A stretch of 64,000 nucleotides of DNA, taken from positions 1-64,000 of the IMG/VR virus record IMGVR_UViG_3300008113_000071. One strand, given 5' to 3'. This DNA is from a virus. A program made the translations under genes and the position numbers. The notes beneath the pieces were generated by a model. That model saw only the letters and a list, made by a program, of their open reading frames with translations. It was not told the origin of the DNA and did no database searches. How positions within the stretch are numbered: the first letter of the stretch is position 1; each line of letters starts with the position of its first letter. Positions 46,409 through 60,800 of the stretch are shown here, piece by piece.

Positions 46409-46448
46409 TTAAAACAGTTATAGCGAATTAACAAAAACGCTTATAACA

Positions 46449-46480
46449 CTTGGAAAATATAATGTTTTCCATTACATTTG
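46449..46480 (+). promoter_or_regulatory. Bacteroidetes-type promoter for the RNAP block
   Basis: CTTG - 20 nt - TACATTTG. Confidence 0.65.
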
Positions 46481-46496
46481 TTAAATTAATACAAAC

Positions 46497-48863
46497 ATGG
46501 CTTCATTCACAGATAAAATACCACAGTTTAATCCCTACGTTCAACAATTGCCTGTTCAGGCGATGGTTGAAGTTGGTATGGAAAAACAACGTCGTTATGA
46601 TGAGGGTGTTCAAAAAATACAAGCAAGTATTGATAACGTTGCTGGATTAGATATTATTAACGAAACACAAAAAGTATATCTACAGTCTACACTCAATCAA
46701 TTAGGATCTAATCTAAAGATGGTTGCTGCTGGTGATTTCTCTAATTATCAATTAGTTAATTCTGTTTCAGGAATGTCTACACAAATTATTAAAGATCCAG
46801 TTATTCAAAATGCTGTAGCTTCAACTGCTAGATATAAAAAAGGAATTGCTGATAGAGAAGCATATAAGAAAGAAGGTAAAGATTCTCCTTCTAATGATTT
46901 TATATTTAATCGTGCAGCAAGTCAATTTATAAATAGTAAAGATGTTAATGCACAATTCTCAGCTAGCTATGATCCTTATGTTAATTGGAAGAAGAATAGC
47001 TTAGAGGTTATTAAAGCCTTAGCTAATGATTCAACTATTACAGATGATGCTTTTACAACTGATGCTAATGGAAACTTAGTTATCACTGATGCTCTTGTTC
47101 GTAAAAAGATGTCTGGTATCTCTCCTGAGAAAATTCAACAAGCTCTTCTTTCTACACTAACTCCTGCTGACTTTAAACAGATGCAGACAGATGCTATTTA
47201 TAATTACTCTAATCAGGATGCTGATCAGTTTAAAATTAGTATAAATAACTCTTATACAGATAAGTTACAAGGTTATTCTCAACAGATATCAACATTACAA
47301 AACTCTAAACTATCTACTACATCAAACGTAGAGAAACAAAAAATAGATCTACAAATAGCATCTCTTAGTAAAACAGTAGCTAATCTTACTAAGGAACAGA
47401 GCAACTTAATTGGAATGATTGATTCTGATAACTTAGATGGAGCTAAAGCTCAATTTGGTACATTCAATTCTATCAATGGAATAGCTAAATCTTTTTCTCA
47501 TTTAGAAGTTTCTCAAACTTATGAAAGTAGTCCTCTTGCTGATATGCAAATGCGAAGAGAGATTAAAGAACAAGCTCATCAAGAATGGCTAGATAAGTTT
47601 AATCAAGATGAAAGATTCCATGCTGATGATCTTGCTGAAAAAAGAGAAGCTAATAGAATAGCTAAACTTGCAACAGAAGGATATGGAGCTCTTCCAGCAG
47701 AAGTTGAACAAACTGATCCTAAAGTTGTTCTTGCTGATGTTGTTACAAGTATTGAAGTTGGAGATAAAGAATTAGGAACTTATAAGAATCAATTCTTAAA
47801 AGAGCAAGGTAAAGATCAGAAATGGTTAGACCAACAACAACTTGCTTGGGAGAAAAATCCAAATGGAGTTGATGCCACTGTTTCAAAATACTTTAATGCT
47901 GTAGCAGATAAACAAAGAACGATTGATGCTAATAAAACCATGCTTAGTAACATTAATGCAGAAGCTGATGAAAAATTTGGATCACTTGATGATTTTATTC
48001 CTAAGAATGCACCAAATGTAATATACGCTACAAAGAGTGGACTTAGAGAAGTTTATACTCCAAAAGACTTTGTTGATTTTAATGCTAAGTTTAGTAGATA
48101 CGTTGATTATAGTTTACCAGCAGGAAAAGCTGCTAATCGAACAAAAGTTTATTTAGATGATAAAGCTAAAGCTGAACTATCTCCAAAGGAGTATAGATTA
48201 TATGAGATCTTAAAGAATCCAGCAGCAGCTGAAAAAATGGTAGGAAATAAAACGCTATTAGATAATTTAATTAATTATGGTAAAGTTATAAATCCAACTT
48301 ATCAAAAAGTTGTTAAAGAAAGAAACGATTTTACAGCTCAACAGGTTGCTGATAGATTAACTGGAAGTCAAGGTGCATATTATACAATTCCAACAGCAAG
48401 TGCTGAACAAAGAGATTCTATGGCTGGTTTGATAAATTCATATATTTCAAGAGCAGCAAAACAAACAGGTGGTGTTGCAATATCTCCTGAATGGGATAGT
48501 GAAATAGCTAAAGCATTAATTCTTGATCCAAAAGCAAAATTTCTTATTAAATTAGTAGAAGGAACAGAAGCAAGACCTGTTAAATATGAAATTGTTGGAG
48601 CTGGTGATGCAGGTAGAATTAGGTTTAATATGACAGCACAAGAAAAGATTGCTGTGTTTGAAAATAGATTTGAAGCTAGTCCTGCTGTTAGAATGATTAG
48701 ACCATATATTCCTTATCCTAGAAATAAGTTTCTTAGTGAAGAAGCAGTTGCTCCAGCACTTATTACAATGACTGATGCAGCAATCTATGAATTACTAAAT
48801 GATGTTCCTCCTTCAGCAGCAGAATTACAAAAATTAAAACAAGCTAATAAAAAACCTTTATAA
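46497..48863 (+). CDS. ejection protein upstream of virion RNAP
   Basis: N-terminus PYVQQLP..KQRRYD; helical; coupled to the RNAP gene. Confidence 0.65.
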   Translation: MASFTDKIPQFNPYVQQLPVQAMVEVGMEKQRRYDEGVQKIQASIDNVAGLDIINETQKVYLQSTLNQLGSNLKMVAAGDFSNYQLVNSVSGMSTQIIKDPVIQNAVASTARYKKGIADREAYKKEGKDSPSNDFIFNRAASQFINSKDVNAQFSASYDPYVNWKKNSLEVIKALANDSTITDDAFTTDANGNLVITDALVRKKMSGISPEKIQQALLSTLTPADFKQMQTDAIYNYSNQDADQFKISINNSYTDKLQGYSQQISTLQNSKLSTTSNVEKQKIDLQIASLSKTVANLTKEQSNLIGMIDSDNLDGAKAQFGTFNSINGIAKSFSHLEVSQTYESSPLADMQMRREIKEQAHQEWLDKFNQDERFHADDLAEKREANRIAKLATEGYGALPAEVEQTDPKVVLADVVTSIEVGDKELGTYKNQFLKEQGKDQKWLDQQQLAWEKNPNGVDATVSKYFNAVADKQRTIDANKTMLSNINAEADEKFGSLDDFIPKNAPNVIYATKSGLREVYTPKDFVDFNAKFSRYVDYSLPAGKAANRTKVYLDDKAKAELSPKEYRLYEILKNPAAAEKMVGNKTLLDNLINYGKVINPTYQKVVKERNDFTAQQVADRLTGSQGAYYTIPTASAEQRDSMAGLINSYISRAAKQTGGVAISPEWDSEIAKALILDPKAKFLIKLVEGTEARPVKYEIVGAGDAGRIRFNMTAQEKIAVFENRFEASPAVRMIRPYIPYPRNKFLSEEAVAPALITMTDAAIYELLNDVPPSAAELQKLKQANKKPL

Positions 48864-51800
48864 TGGCTGATAATACTCCTATCCCCCCTTTAGTTGACAG
48901 AACAGCATTAGAAGATGCATTTGGTGGTTACGAACCACAAGGTGCTCCTGCTGATTTACCCAATGTAGCATTCAGAGGATTAGATAAGTCTAGTGCTACT
49001 GCAGGCACAGGAGAACCTGTATCTATATTAGATGCTCTAGAGAATAGTCTTACATCTATGCCTAGCAGTGTTAAGCTAACAGGTGGTGGTATTCCTAGAA
49101 GTATTGCTGAATTAACTTCTTCTAGATACAAAGCATATGTTCCTGGTGATTATAATAACGAGGATGCATATGCTCAAGGACAGGGATGGACTGAGAAAAT
49201 GGTTAATAGTGTTGGTAAAGGATTACTACTTGCTGGTGGTACATTTTTACAAGGCACTGTTGGTTTAGTTAATGGTGTTGGTAGAGCTGCTATTGATGGT
49301 AGAGCTGCATCATTCTATGATAATCCTGAGAACAGAGCATTAGATGATTTATATAAATGGTCTGAAGATTTTGCTCCTGTATTTCAAACTGATGCTTATA
49401 AAAATTTAAACTGGTATAGTCCTTCTAAATTATTTTCAGCAAACTTCCTATGGGATGGTATTGTTAAGAACTTAGGATTTGCTGCTGGTGCTTATTTATC
49501 AGGAGGTGTATATGCAGCTGGATTAAAAGCATTACCATTAACAGCTAGATTATTCTCTGTTGGAAAAGCAGCAGAAGCTCTTGCAGCTACAGAACAAGGA
49601 TTACTTGGTGCTAATAAAGTTGCAGATACATTTGGTAAAATTAAAACATTATCTGATAGATTTTTAACATCATATAAACTTTCAAGTGTTGGTGGTAGAG
49701 CATTAGTTGCAGGACTTTCTACAACTGGTGAAGCAGGATTTGAAGCTGCTGCAAACCTGAATGCATTTAGAGATAAAAAAATTCAAGAGTATGTAAGTAC
49801 ATATGGTGCAGAACCAGATGGAGAAGCTCTTGCTCAAATTAATAGAGAAGCTGAAGCAGTAGGTAATACATCATTCTTATTGAATGTTGGTTTATTAACT
49901 GCTACCAACTATATTCAATTCCCTAAGATTCTTGGTTCTTCATATAAAGCTGAACGAGGAATGGTTAACAATTTAACCAAAGAGATTGGAGAACTTACTA
50001 CAGATGAAGCTGGTAAATATATTGCAGCTCCTAGTAGATTAGGAAAAGTATTAGGAACTCTAAACAAAGCAAGACCTTATATCTTCTCTGCTTCAGAAGG
50101 ATTTGAAGAAGGTTCACAATATGCAATCCAAATTGGAACACAAGATTACTATAACAAGAAAAGTAATAACGAACCAACTACTTTCTTAGATAGTTTAAGT
50201 GAGGGTATTACTCAAACCTTAGGAACTAACGAGGGTATGGAGAATGTTCTTATTGGTGGTTTGTCTGGTGCTATAATGCAAGCAAGAGGTAAGTTCTCTC
50301 AAGGAAGAGAAATAACTAAAAACACAGCTGCTGCAATTGAACAATTTAGTAAATTTAAACTATCTGACTTTAGTAAGGATACAATTGATTCTGTAAACAG
50401 AGGAACAACTATCCAAGAAGAAAGAGAACAACAGTTAAAAGAAGGTAATGTTGCTAACAGTAAAGATCTTGAAGCTGATTACATTATCAACTATTTAACT
50501 CCTCGTATTAAGTATGGTAGATTTGATCTTGTAAGAGCAGAGATTGATGATTACAGAGCACTAGCTTTAACTGATGCTGGCTTTGCACAATTACAAGCTG
50601 AAGGTAAAGCTCTTGCTACAGATACAAAAGAACAGTATTTAGAAAGATTAAATGGCTTAGAAGCTACAGCTAATAATGTTAAATCATTATACCAATCACT
50701 AAACCTTCGTTATGGTGGTATGGTTAACTCTAAAGGTGAAGAAATTTATTCATCAGATGTGATGGATAAGATGGTTTATGCTGCATCTAAAGTGGCTGAC
50801 TATGATAAACGTATTCCTCAATTAACTAGTCAATTAACTGACACTAGTATTGATGTAATGGGTATTGTTGATGAACTTGTTAATGATAAGAAGTCTGATA
50901 AGTTTGATGCTGCAATAGTTGAATTAGAACAAGGAAAAGCAATCACTGCAGAAGAAGATATTCAAACATTACAAGATATTGGAAAACTTTCTCTTCGTAG
51001 AGATTTATTCTTAAATGAATATAGTGAGTTAAAGAAAAGTCCTGAGAAGTTTAAGGAACCAGAACCTCTTGCAGAAACTGCTAAAGTTCCTGGAGCACCT
51101 GTAGAAACTGTTACCATCAAAACAAAAGATGGTGATGAAGATATTGAGGTGGGCACAGAATACTTCCTAGGTAAAGTTACTGAATATAGTGCTGAAGGAA
51201 GTGAGGTTTATCGTTTTCCTACACTAACTATTGTTGGAGAAAATGAAGATGGTACAGTTCAAATTAAAACCTCTACAGGTGAGATTAGAAATGTATCTAA
51301 AGATGTATTAGCTGATTACAAACTTGGAAAGGTTAGTGATACGCTAAACAATAAGAAAGCTAAATACTTCATGGACAACATCAATACCATGTTTGAACAC
51401 TATGGTATTAAAGATAAAGATGGTAAACCTGAAGTTGGTAGATTAGAATACTCTCTAAAGAAAGATAAACTTGTATTTGTATACAAAGATGATAGTGGTA
51501 AGATTGTAAGAAGAGAAGTATTGAACACTATGTTCAAAGCTGCTGAAGGTTACAGAGATGCAATGGTTCGTGAGATTGGTAAGCTTACAGCTACTCAAAC
51601 AGAATCTAAGAAAGCTTTTGTTGAAGACACTACTACAATGTCTGACAAGCTTAGAGTTAGAAACCAGATTGTTACTGACTTATATGAGAACAGTGTTAAA
51701 CGTGTTCAAGAGATTGAAGATAAATTAACAAAGAATAGAGAGAAGTTAAATGAGATAGCTGATTCTTTAGATGCTGCTAGCAAAACTAAAGATGGTAAAG

Positions 51801-54800
51801 ATCGTAAGAGAATTACTAAAACTTTAAAGAAATCTATTAATGAACTATCTTCTTTACGTAACAATATTGAGAAAGAGAACAATGCACTATTAGGTGAGAA
51901 GAATGAATTGGAAGTTAACATTCCATTATTCAAAAACTTTATTGATGAGTTAGCTTCTCTTCCTGAAGATAGTAAAGAGTTTGTTGCTCAGTTAAAAGAT
52001 GATGTTTCTACTTTTGAAGATTTAATTGACATTACTAACGATGCTATTAAATCTAATAACACTTTATTACAGGACATAGACAAAACATTATCTGATGCTC
52101 TATCTGTCTTTACTGATTACATCAAACGTTTAAGAGAAGAGAATCCTGGTATTCCTTTGTTCATGGATGAATTGGTTGCTAAGCTTGAGAAGTATCAAGG
52201 TGAAGAAGGAGCAAAACAATTTATTGCTGAACGATTAGGGTTTACTGATTTAGTTGCAGATCTAGAATCTGATATAAATGATTTCTCAGCAGAACTTAAA
52301 CTTCCTGAGCTAACAGCTAAAGCAGATAAACTATCTAATGATATCAAGGAACTAAGAAAAGGTCTTGATGATTTAGTTACTCAACAGATTGCTAGAAGAA
52401 ACATTCTAGATGCATTTGAAGAGTTTGTAGAAAAACAAAAACAAATTAAGCTTGAAGAAAATAAAATACAAGCTGATAAACAATTACTAGCACAGTTCTT
52501 AGGAACTATGGATAACAGTGTTCAGAATAATCCTGAACCAACTAAAGGTTATGAAGCTGCTAGCAAGAAACCTTGGCAATCTGTTGTAGGTGGAACTGTT
52601 GCTCCTGGATATAAAGATGCTGAAAAGTCTTTCAATAAAAGAGCTAATAACTTTGGATTTAAGTTTAATAGTTTAGAGAACAAAGATTCTATTCGTGGTG
52701 TAGTTGTAACTAATGCTACACAGGATCAAATCATTCCTGGATTAACAGAACACTTAATTGGTGAGTCTGGTTTAGATCCTAAGACTGTTATTGCTTTAGT
52801 AATGGTTCAGGAGAACAAAGATGGTTCTTATACATTAGTAGATGAGAATGGTGTAGCTATTCCTGAAGGAGCTGACTTACTTAACACTGCTATCTTCCAA
52901 GTGTTTCCAACTGAAAAGTTAGAAGCTACTTATGATGGTAAGAAAGAAAGTATGTTCAGAGAAACAACTCCTGAATATGTAGAAGCTTCTTTAAGAGAAC
53001 AATATACTGGTTGGAGAGAGAATGAATTAAAACAAACTCAATTAGGTCAGCCACAAGGTATCACTGCTTCTTTTGGTATTCCTCAATATGTAACTAGATT
53101 AAATGAAAAAGGAATAGAAGAAAGAAACTATGATGCTAGAGTTTCTGCAGAAGAAGCTGGTTTAGTTGATTCTGAAATGTTAACAGAAGAACCAGTAATC
53201 GCTGTAGCTACAAATAATACCTCTATAACAAATGGTTCTGTTACATTCACTACACCTCTTGGACGTGTGTTCTTACAGATTCCTGGAGGCTTAGCTAAGT
53301 TATTTAATAGAAAGTTTAATAGCAAAGAAGCTAATACTATCTATGATGTAATTCTTCAGTTGACTAAGAATGCTGTTACAGATGGTGATATTAAAACTGA
53401 AAAATCTCAACGATTAATCAATTGGTTAAAGTCTACAGTTTATTGGGGTATTGCTAAAAATCAAGCTGGTGAAAGAATACCTGCTGGATATAATAACGTA
53501 TGGTTTGAAGAAGTTAATGATGAAGATGGTAAACCTGTAACTAAGTTATATATTTCAGGTAAGGGTGAAGGATTTGAATTTACTCCAACATCATTGGAAG
53601 AAAACAAAGGTGAGATTGTTACATTGTTACAAAACATGTATAACAATACTAATGCTACAATGGTTAATCAAAATGCATGGAACAATCCATACTTTGAAAT
53701 AACTGGTATTGATAGCAATGGTGAACCTATAACTAAGAAGTGGGACAACTACCAAACATACTTATTATCTTCTGAAGGAAGAACTAATGAAGAGATTCCA
53801 TTAGCTACACAATTCAAACCAATCACTGATACAGCTCCTGTAAATAGAGTGGGTATTTATTTTACATTAGATACAACAGTTGATGATTATGTAGTTCCTC
53901 AGAGTGCTCCTGTTGTAACACCAATGGAAGAAGCTCCTAAAGCTCCTGAACTTCCTACAGAATTTTTTCTTGCTCCTAAAACTCAACCTGAAGCTAAATC
54001 AGTAGAAGCTCCTAAACAAGAAGGATTTGTATTAGATGGTGTTAAAGAAAATACTGTTCAACTAGGAACATTTGGTGCTGTTACATTTACATTAGATGGT
54101 AAATTGTACAATGAAACTAATGGTGATAAAGGATTTAATCCTACCATTCCTGCATCTGTAACAGAGGCTGTAATGAAAGCTAAAGATGTTACTGAAGAAA
54201 AAGCACAACAAATTATTGCTGCATCTGTTATTGCTAAGGTGGCTCCACAATTAGAATCAATGAAGCTTCCTGTTGTTGAACCTATTGTAGAGTTTACAGA
54301 AGAAGAGAATGATGAGTGGAATAACTCTGCTCCTAATACACCAGATGATACAGCTTATCGTTTACAATTAGTAAAAGAAGCTAAACAGTTTGACACTGAA
54401 ATCTGGCCTAAGGTAGAAGAGTTCTTGAGAACTAAATTCCCAATGCTTCCTATATACAGAGTGAAGAATGTTATTCAGGCTACTAATGGTAGACAAGCTT
54501 TTGGTATGCTTCATAATGCTGCTATCTACTTACAAGAGAATGCTCAGGTAGGTACAGTTTATCATGAAGTGTTTGAAGCTGTATGGAAGATGTTTGCTAC
54601 TCCTGAAGAAAAGACTGCTTTAATTAAAGAGTTTAGAAACAGAGAAGGAAGTTACACTGATAGATTTACAGGTGAGGAGATTAAATACTCTGAAGCTACA
54701 GAAGCTCAATTAAAAGAAGAGATTGCTGAAGAGTACAGAGACTTTGAATTATTTGGTAAAGCTCCAGATAGATCTAATGGTAAATCTTTAATCTCTAGAT

Positions 54801-57800
54801 TATTCTCTGATATAGTTAACTTCTTCAAAACATTCTTCACTGGAAAGAATGCAGCTAATAACACAGAAGAGTTATTTAAAAAGATGAGCAGTGGATATTA
54901 TGCAGAAAACTATAATCCATACATTGCTCCATTATCTTTTGCTAACGTTGGTGTAATTGATATACAAGATGCTTTTGGTGGTCCTGATGCAGAATATAGA
55001 TTAGAAACCATTCCTGCTACACAGGTTAATGAGATCATGCAACAAATGACTTATAGCACTCTTACTGATTTAATTAAAACAGATAAGAGCTTATTCACTA
55101 TTGCTTCTGTCAACAAGAAAGAACTATATGAGAAACTTCAGAAGGAACTTCTTGAAATAGTTAGATGGAAAGGATCACAATATGAAAGTGCTGCAGCTAA
55201 AGGTGAATTAACTAATGAGGAAGCAGCTCGTGAGGTGGGTAACTTAAAAACTCTTTACAAGAATATCAAAGCTGATTGGAATGATATTATTGCTAAACAT
55301 CAAGAATACTTAAAGACTTATTCTATTGAGTTTGATGAGAACGATAATAGTATTCTTACTGATGAGAATAACTCAGGTAAATCTGATTACCAAGCTGCTA
55401 ACAAAATTGATTCATTCAGAAGAGCTAATAGCGCAATTAAAATCTTATTAGCAACTCTTCCTGTAACTGAAGTTACTAATGAAGGTGTTAAGATTAAACG
55501 CTCATCTATTGGTGGTGCTGTATTAATGCCTTCTGATCAAGTGTTTATTAACTTGATGAATCAATTACATGATTCAACTAATGTTGATGATATGTTTGAT
55601 AGATTAAGAACTATGGCTTTGGGTAATCCAAACTATGCTTCTCTATACAAACGCTTAACTAAACTTGCTCCATCTGAACAAGTTGATTTTAGTAAACTTG
55701 ATGATACTGGATTGCAATTAGTTTCTGCATTCTGGAAATCATTCAAGAGACAAAATGCTGATGTTATATCTGTGTTTGTTCTTCCTGAAGGAGATATTGT
55801 TATTAGTGATTCAACCTTATCATCTGCAGCTAAACAATCTAAACGTGATATGACTGCTAACTTGATTAATACAATCAAGGGTGATAACAAGTATGTTAAA
55901 TATGATCCAAAGACATTTAAGTATAATGCATTAGGAGCTATTAATAATGTACAGTTTACTGGTTCTCAATTAAATGGATACACTGACTTCTTAAAGAATC
56001 TAGGAATTGAATTTGATATTAAGGCTGTAAGAAAGCTTAATGATGATCAATTAAAAATGTTTAGAAAAGCTGTAGAAGGATTAAAAACAAGTATTTCTCA
56101 AATAGAAGATGTAGCAACTCTTTCTACAAAAACTTTAAACATTGATGGTCGTATGTTAGAGCTTGGTACTATTCAAGCTATAATTGAAAACCCTACATTT
56201 GAATCTACATATTTTAATATCAATGGTGAACGTACACAGAACTTCATTGGTACAAATGCATTAAGTGGTTTATACGATGTTCTTTCTAAGATAGATAACA
56301 TTAATGATCTAGCAGGTACAGAATATGCTTTCCTACTTACTGATGTATTTAGTAAAGGTAATTCTAGTGTGATGTTAAACAAGATGTTTAATATTGCTAA
56401 GTCTGGTGGACGCATTAAAGGTAGTGAAGAATTTATGAAACCTGTATACATTGATGGTACAATCAATGAACAAAAAGGTAAGAGTAAAGAATCTTCTAAA
56501 CTTAATTACAAAGAACGTCTCATCCAAGAGATCAATCTTAACTTATCAGGATTCTATCTTAATCTTGTTCCTGGAGATGCATCTATGGAATGGGCTATTA
56601 AAATGCACAAAGAGGAATCTCCTTTTGTAACTGAAGAATCTTATTTAACAAAAGACTATCTTAACATATTCAAGAACTACTTCATCTCTGAGGTGGAACT
56701 TGCTAGAGATGGTCGTAAGACAGTTAAACCAGAAAACAGTAAAGACTTACGTTTCTTCAAAGCTATTCTTGGTGATGCTTTACACAAGCAAATCATGACC
56801 AAGGCTAATCTTAAACTTTCTCCTGAGGAAGTATATGAGAATAACAAGAAAGAAATTAATGCTGCTGTAGAAGAGTTTATTAAAAATGATGCCCAAGATA
56901 CTCGTGAACTACTTGCAGGTTATGGAGCTATTGGGTATGATGAAGATGGTTTGTATGTAGAGAACCTTGCATTTGGTGATAACATCACTGAGCAATCATT
57001 GAACACTAAATTACAATTGCTTTCTGTTAACTACATGATTGCAAACATTGAAATGCATAAGCTTGTTTATTCTGATCCATACCAGTATTCAGATGAGTTG
57101 AAGCGTATTAAGAACTTTAACTCTCCAAGACAACCTCTTGTGTATGGTTCTAAAAAGATTAACGCTGCATTTAATAAACAATATAACAAAGGATACTCTA
57201 AAGATGATATTGGTTACACTGATATGAATAGAGATGTATTCAGATCATCTGTAATCAGTGATGTATTTACAGTTGGTAGTCTTCCTGGATATGAAATTCC
57301 ATTTGAAGAAACTGATGGTGGTGGTTACATCTCATCAAAAGCTAATCGTATTTTTGGTATTCGTTCTGGTGAATGGACTGAGGATAATGAAAAACAATAC
57401 AGATATGATGTAGCTTGGGAGAAACGTGATAAAGGATTTGATTTATCTAAAGATGAACAACTTCTTTTAGCACAAGGTAATCCTAATGTAAGAAGTACTT
57501 ACACTCCAAGAAAACCTATTGTATCTGGAAGTAAAGCTGATGGTAAAAACTATAATGATATTGTTCTTGATAAGTTTGCATTAGTTCCTCTATCATATCG
57601 TCTTCTAAAAGAAATCAATGCTGATTCAAATGCAATTAAGTTGTATGAGAAAATGCAAAGAGACGATGTTGATTATGTAGTTTACAACACTGGTAGAAAA
57701 GTTGGAGCTGGTATAACTACTCCATTATATAATGAAGATGGTTCATTTAATAATAATCCTTTCGAAGAAATAAACAATATTCCATTTGCTATCATGGGTG

Positions 57801-60800
57801 TACAAACAGAGGTGCCTTCTAAAGATACTCCTCTTGTTACTCGTGGTTCTCAAATCACTAAGCTTGTTACACTTGACTTCTTAGAAGCTGGTATGCCTAC
57901 TGACTTTGAAGCTGATGGAGATTTTGATTCTCGTTTTGCTAAATGGATCACTCTTGATGAAAATAAAAAATTAGAGTCTTCTGAGATTTATAAATTAATC
58001 AAAGAGAACCAAGATTTATTAGTTGCTAAAACTGAAGCAGATTACCAAACTCTTATTAAGAAACTTGGCATTCAACAAACTGTTGTAAATGGTAAGAAAG
58101 CATTTGTATTAGGAGATGTAGATAAATTAATTGATACATTACGTGATGAGATATTAAAGAGAGAGGTAAATGAAAATATTACTGATGCTCTTAATGGATT
58201 TAAACAAGGTGATGTTGTATTAGAAGCTACTCCTGCATACCAACAAATCAGAAACATCTTATATTCGATTGCAGATAAAACTGTAGTTCGTCCTAAGATC
58301 TCTGGTGGTTTGAAAGTTCAAATTCCTTCTACACTATTAGAATCAACTCGTGTTAAAGGTAAAGAGTTTACTGATAAAAATGGTAATGTTAAATACTCTT
58401 ATGAGTCTAATAATTTAAAATTCTATACTAACAAAGAAGGAAAACGTATTTGTGAGATTATGGTTGGTAGATGGTTCAAGTCAGATAAGACTGATGCAGA
58501 ACTTCTTAAATACTTTAATGATACTCCTGAAGGACAAAAGGTTCTAGAAGGAATTGGATTTCGTATTCCTACACAAAAACAAAACTCTATTGATTCATTT
58601 GTTATTAAACAATTCCTTCCAGAAGAATTTGGTGACTCAGTAGTTATTCCTTCTGAACTTGTAAGAAAAGTGGGATCTGACTTTGACATAGATAAACTTT
58701 CTATCTACTTGAAAAATATTTATGTAGATGGTAAAGGTGATATTAAAGCTGTTCCATATTTTGGTATTGGTGAACAAGCAAAAGCTAAGTTTGCTGATAT
58801 GTTTGATAGAGGTGAGTTCTTAACTGAAGAACAAGTTAAACAACTAGACAGATATATTAATGAAGAGAGAGAAAGAGAATTTGATTTAAATTCTCCTGAA
58901 GCTAAATTGATTAGAGATATATTCCCAGAAGCATTTACTGATGAAGCATTTGCAAAAGAGTTTATAGCTGATCTTGCTAAGAAGGGAATGAAAGAAGGTA
59001 TTGTTGATAACATGTATGTTAAGTCATTAGAGAATCAATACATCCAATCTTTACAAAACCTAGTATCTCATGAGTCAAACTTTGATAACTTAATCAAACC
59101 AAACTCTGCAGACCAATTAAAAGATCTTGCAAAAGACATTAACAAAAAACTTGGAAGAGAAGAAATCGATTACTCTTCTGTAGGAAACATGTTACATAGA
59201 TCATTCATGTCTAGACTAAGACAAGATTTTGTTAGTGGTAAATACGCTATTGGTATTGCAGCTGTTTCTCAAACAAACCATGCTCAGAATCAACGTGCTG
59301 TTATGTACATTGATACTGATAGATTAAAAACTAAGAACATCAGTGAAGCAGATAAAAAATGGTTAGGTGATGGTCAAATTAAATTAAAAGAATACAATTC
59401 AATATTTGCTAAAGATAAAAAGAGACCTACACTTTCTATGATTAAGAATGCTGCAGGTGAATACATCTCTGATATCATTGGTCAATTCATTGATGGTTAT
59501 GTGGATATATCTAAAGGTCCTTGGATCATGGAACTTGGTGCTACACCTAATGTTGCATCTACATGGTTGTTCTTAACTAAAATTGGTGTTCCCATTAAGA
59601 CCACTGCGTATTTCATGAACCAACCAATTGTTCGTGACTACTTACGTACAGTGGAAAGTGCTGGTTACTCATGGTTATTCATTGACAACTTTGTTGATGA
59701 CATGATGGAAATCTACACTCCTCAAGAAGATATAACAGTTACAGAACTTCCTAATGAGGCTGGACTTGGTGAAATGATTGGTAAGAAAACTAGTCAGCTA
59801 AGTAATACTCAAAAGGCACAACAACAATTAATTCTAGAAGAGTTCTTGAAATATGCTAAGATGGCTGAGCATTTGTTCCAAGTGACGCAAGGTTCTAACT
59901 TTGACACTGCAACAATCAATGATCCATATTTGGTATTCAAGAAACAAATGCAATTGAAGAAAGCACAGAATACAATTATTTCTTCTGTTGATGACATTCT
60001 AGATAAATCATTCATTGGATCATTAAAAGATATTATCTATGATGTTAGAGATGCGTTCTCAACAATATTAATATCTGATAGAACATCTGATGATACAAGT
60101 AAGATTTCTGTAAGAGATGTTATGGAAGCTGTATTAGCACCATATACAGATCTTAGTGACAGAGACTTTGTTAAAGTGTCTCAGAAAGCTGTAGCTGACT
60201 TATTTGATTGGGCTGTACAAACAGATACAAAATTAAATAACTTTATAACTAATGCACTACTTGGAACTGACACTTATGAAAGTGCAGCTAAGAAGGTTAT
60301 TGAATACAGAGATAAAGTGCTAAAAGATGAAAGCCATCCTTTACATGATAACTTAATTATCAATTCAATTAAACTAGAACCTGGTTCTAAAAATGGAAAA
60401 CCTGATAACTTGTATATTGCAGGAAGAGATAATAAGGTGTATAATCAGAACCAGACTATAGCTGCATTTCGTGAGCTAAGAGAGCAGTTAAAAGCTGAAG
60501 GTAGTGATTTGTATGGTAGACTAGTTAGACTTGCTGTAATCCAATCTGGTACAACTACATCGCCTATATCTTTTACATCTATTCTTCCTTATGAAGATTT
60601 TAAAGCATATTATAATAAAACTTTGTCAGAGTTAGAAAATTTACCTAACTTAGATGAATTTTATAATCTTCATGTACTTGAGAGAAACAATTGGAATAAT
60701 ACAGACATAGTTCCATTCAAACCATATACATTAATTAAAAATAAAAAGGGAGAATTATTTAATCCAAATATGGCATTTGTTGCTAAGAGATTAGTAGGAG

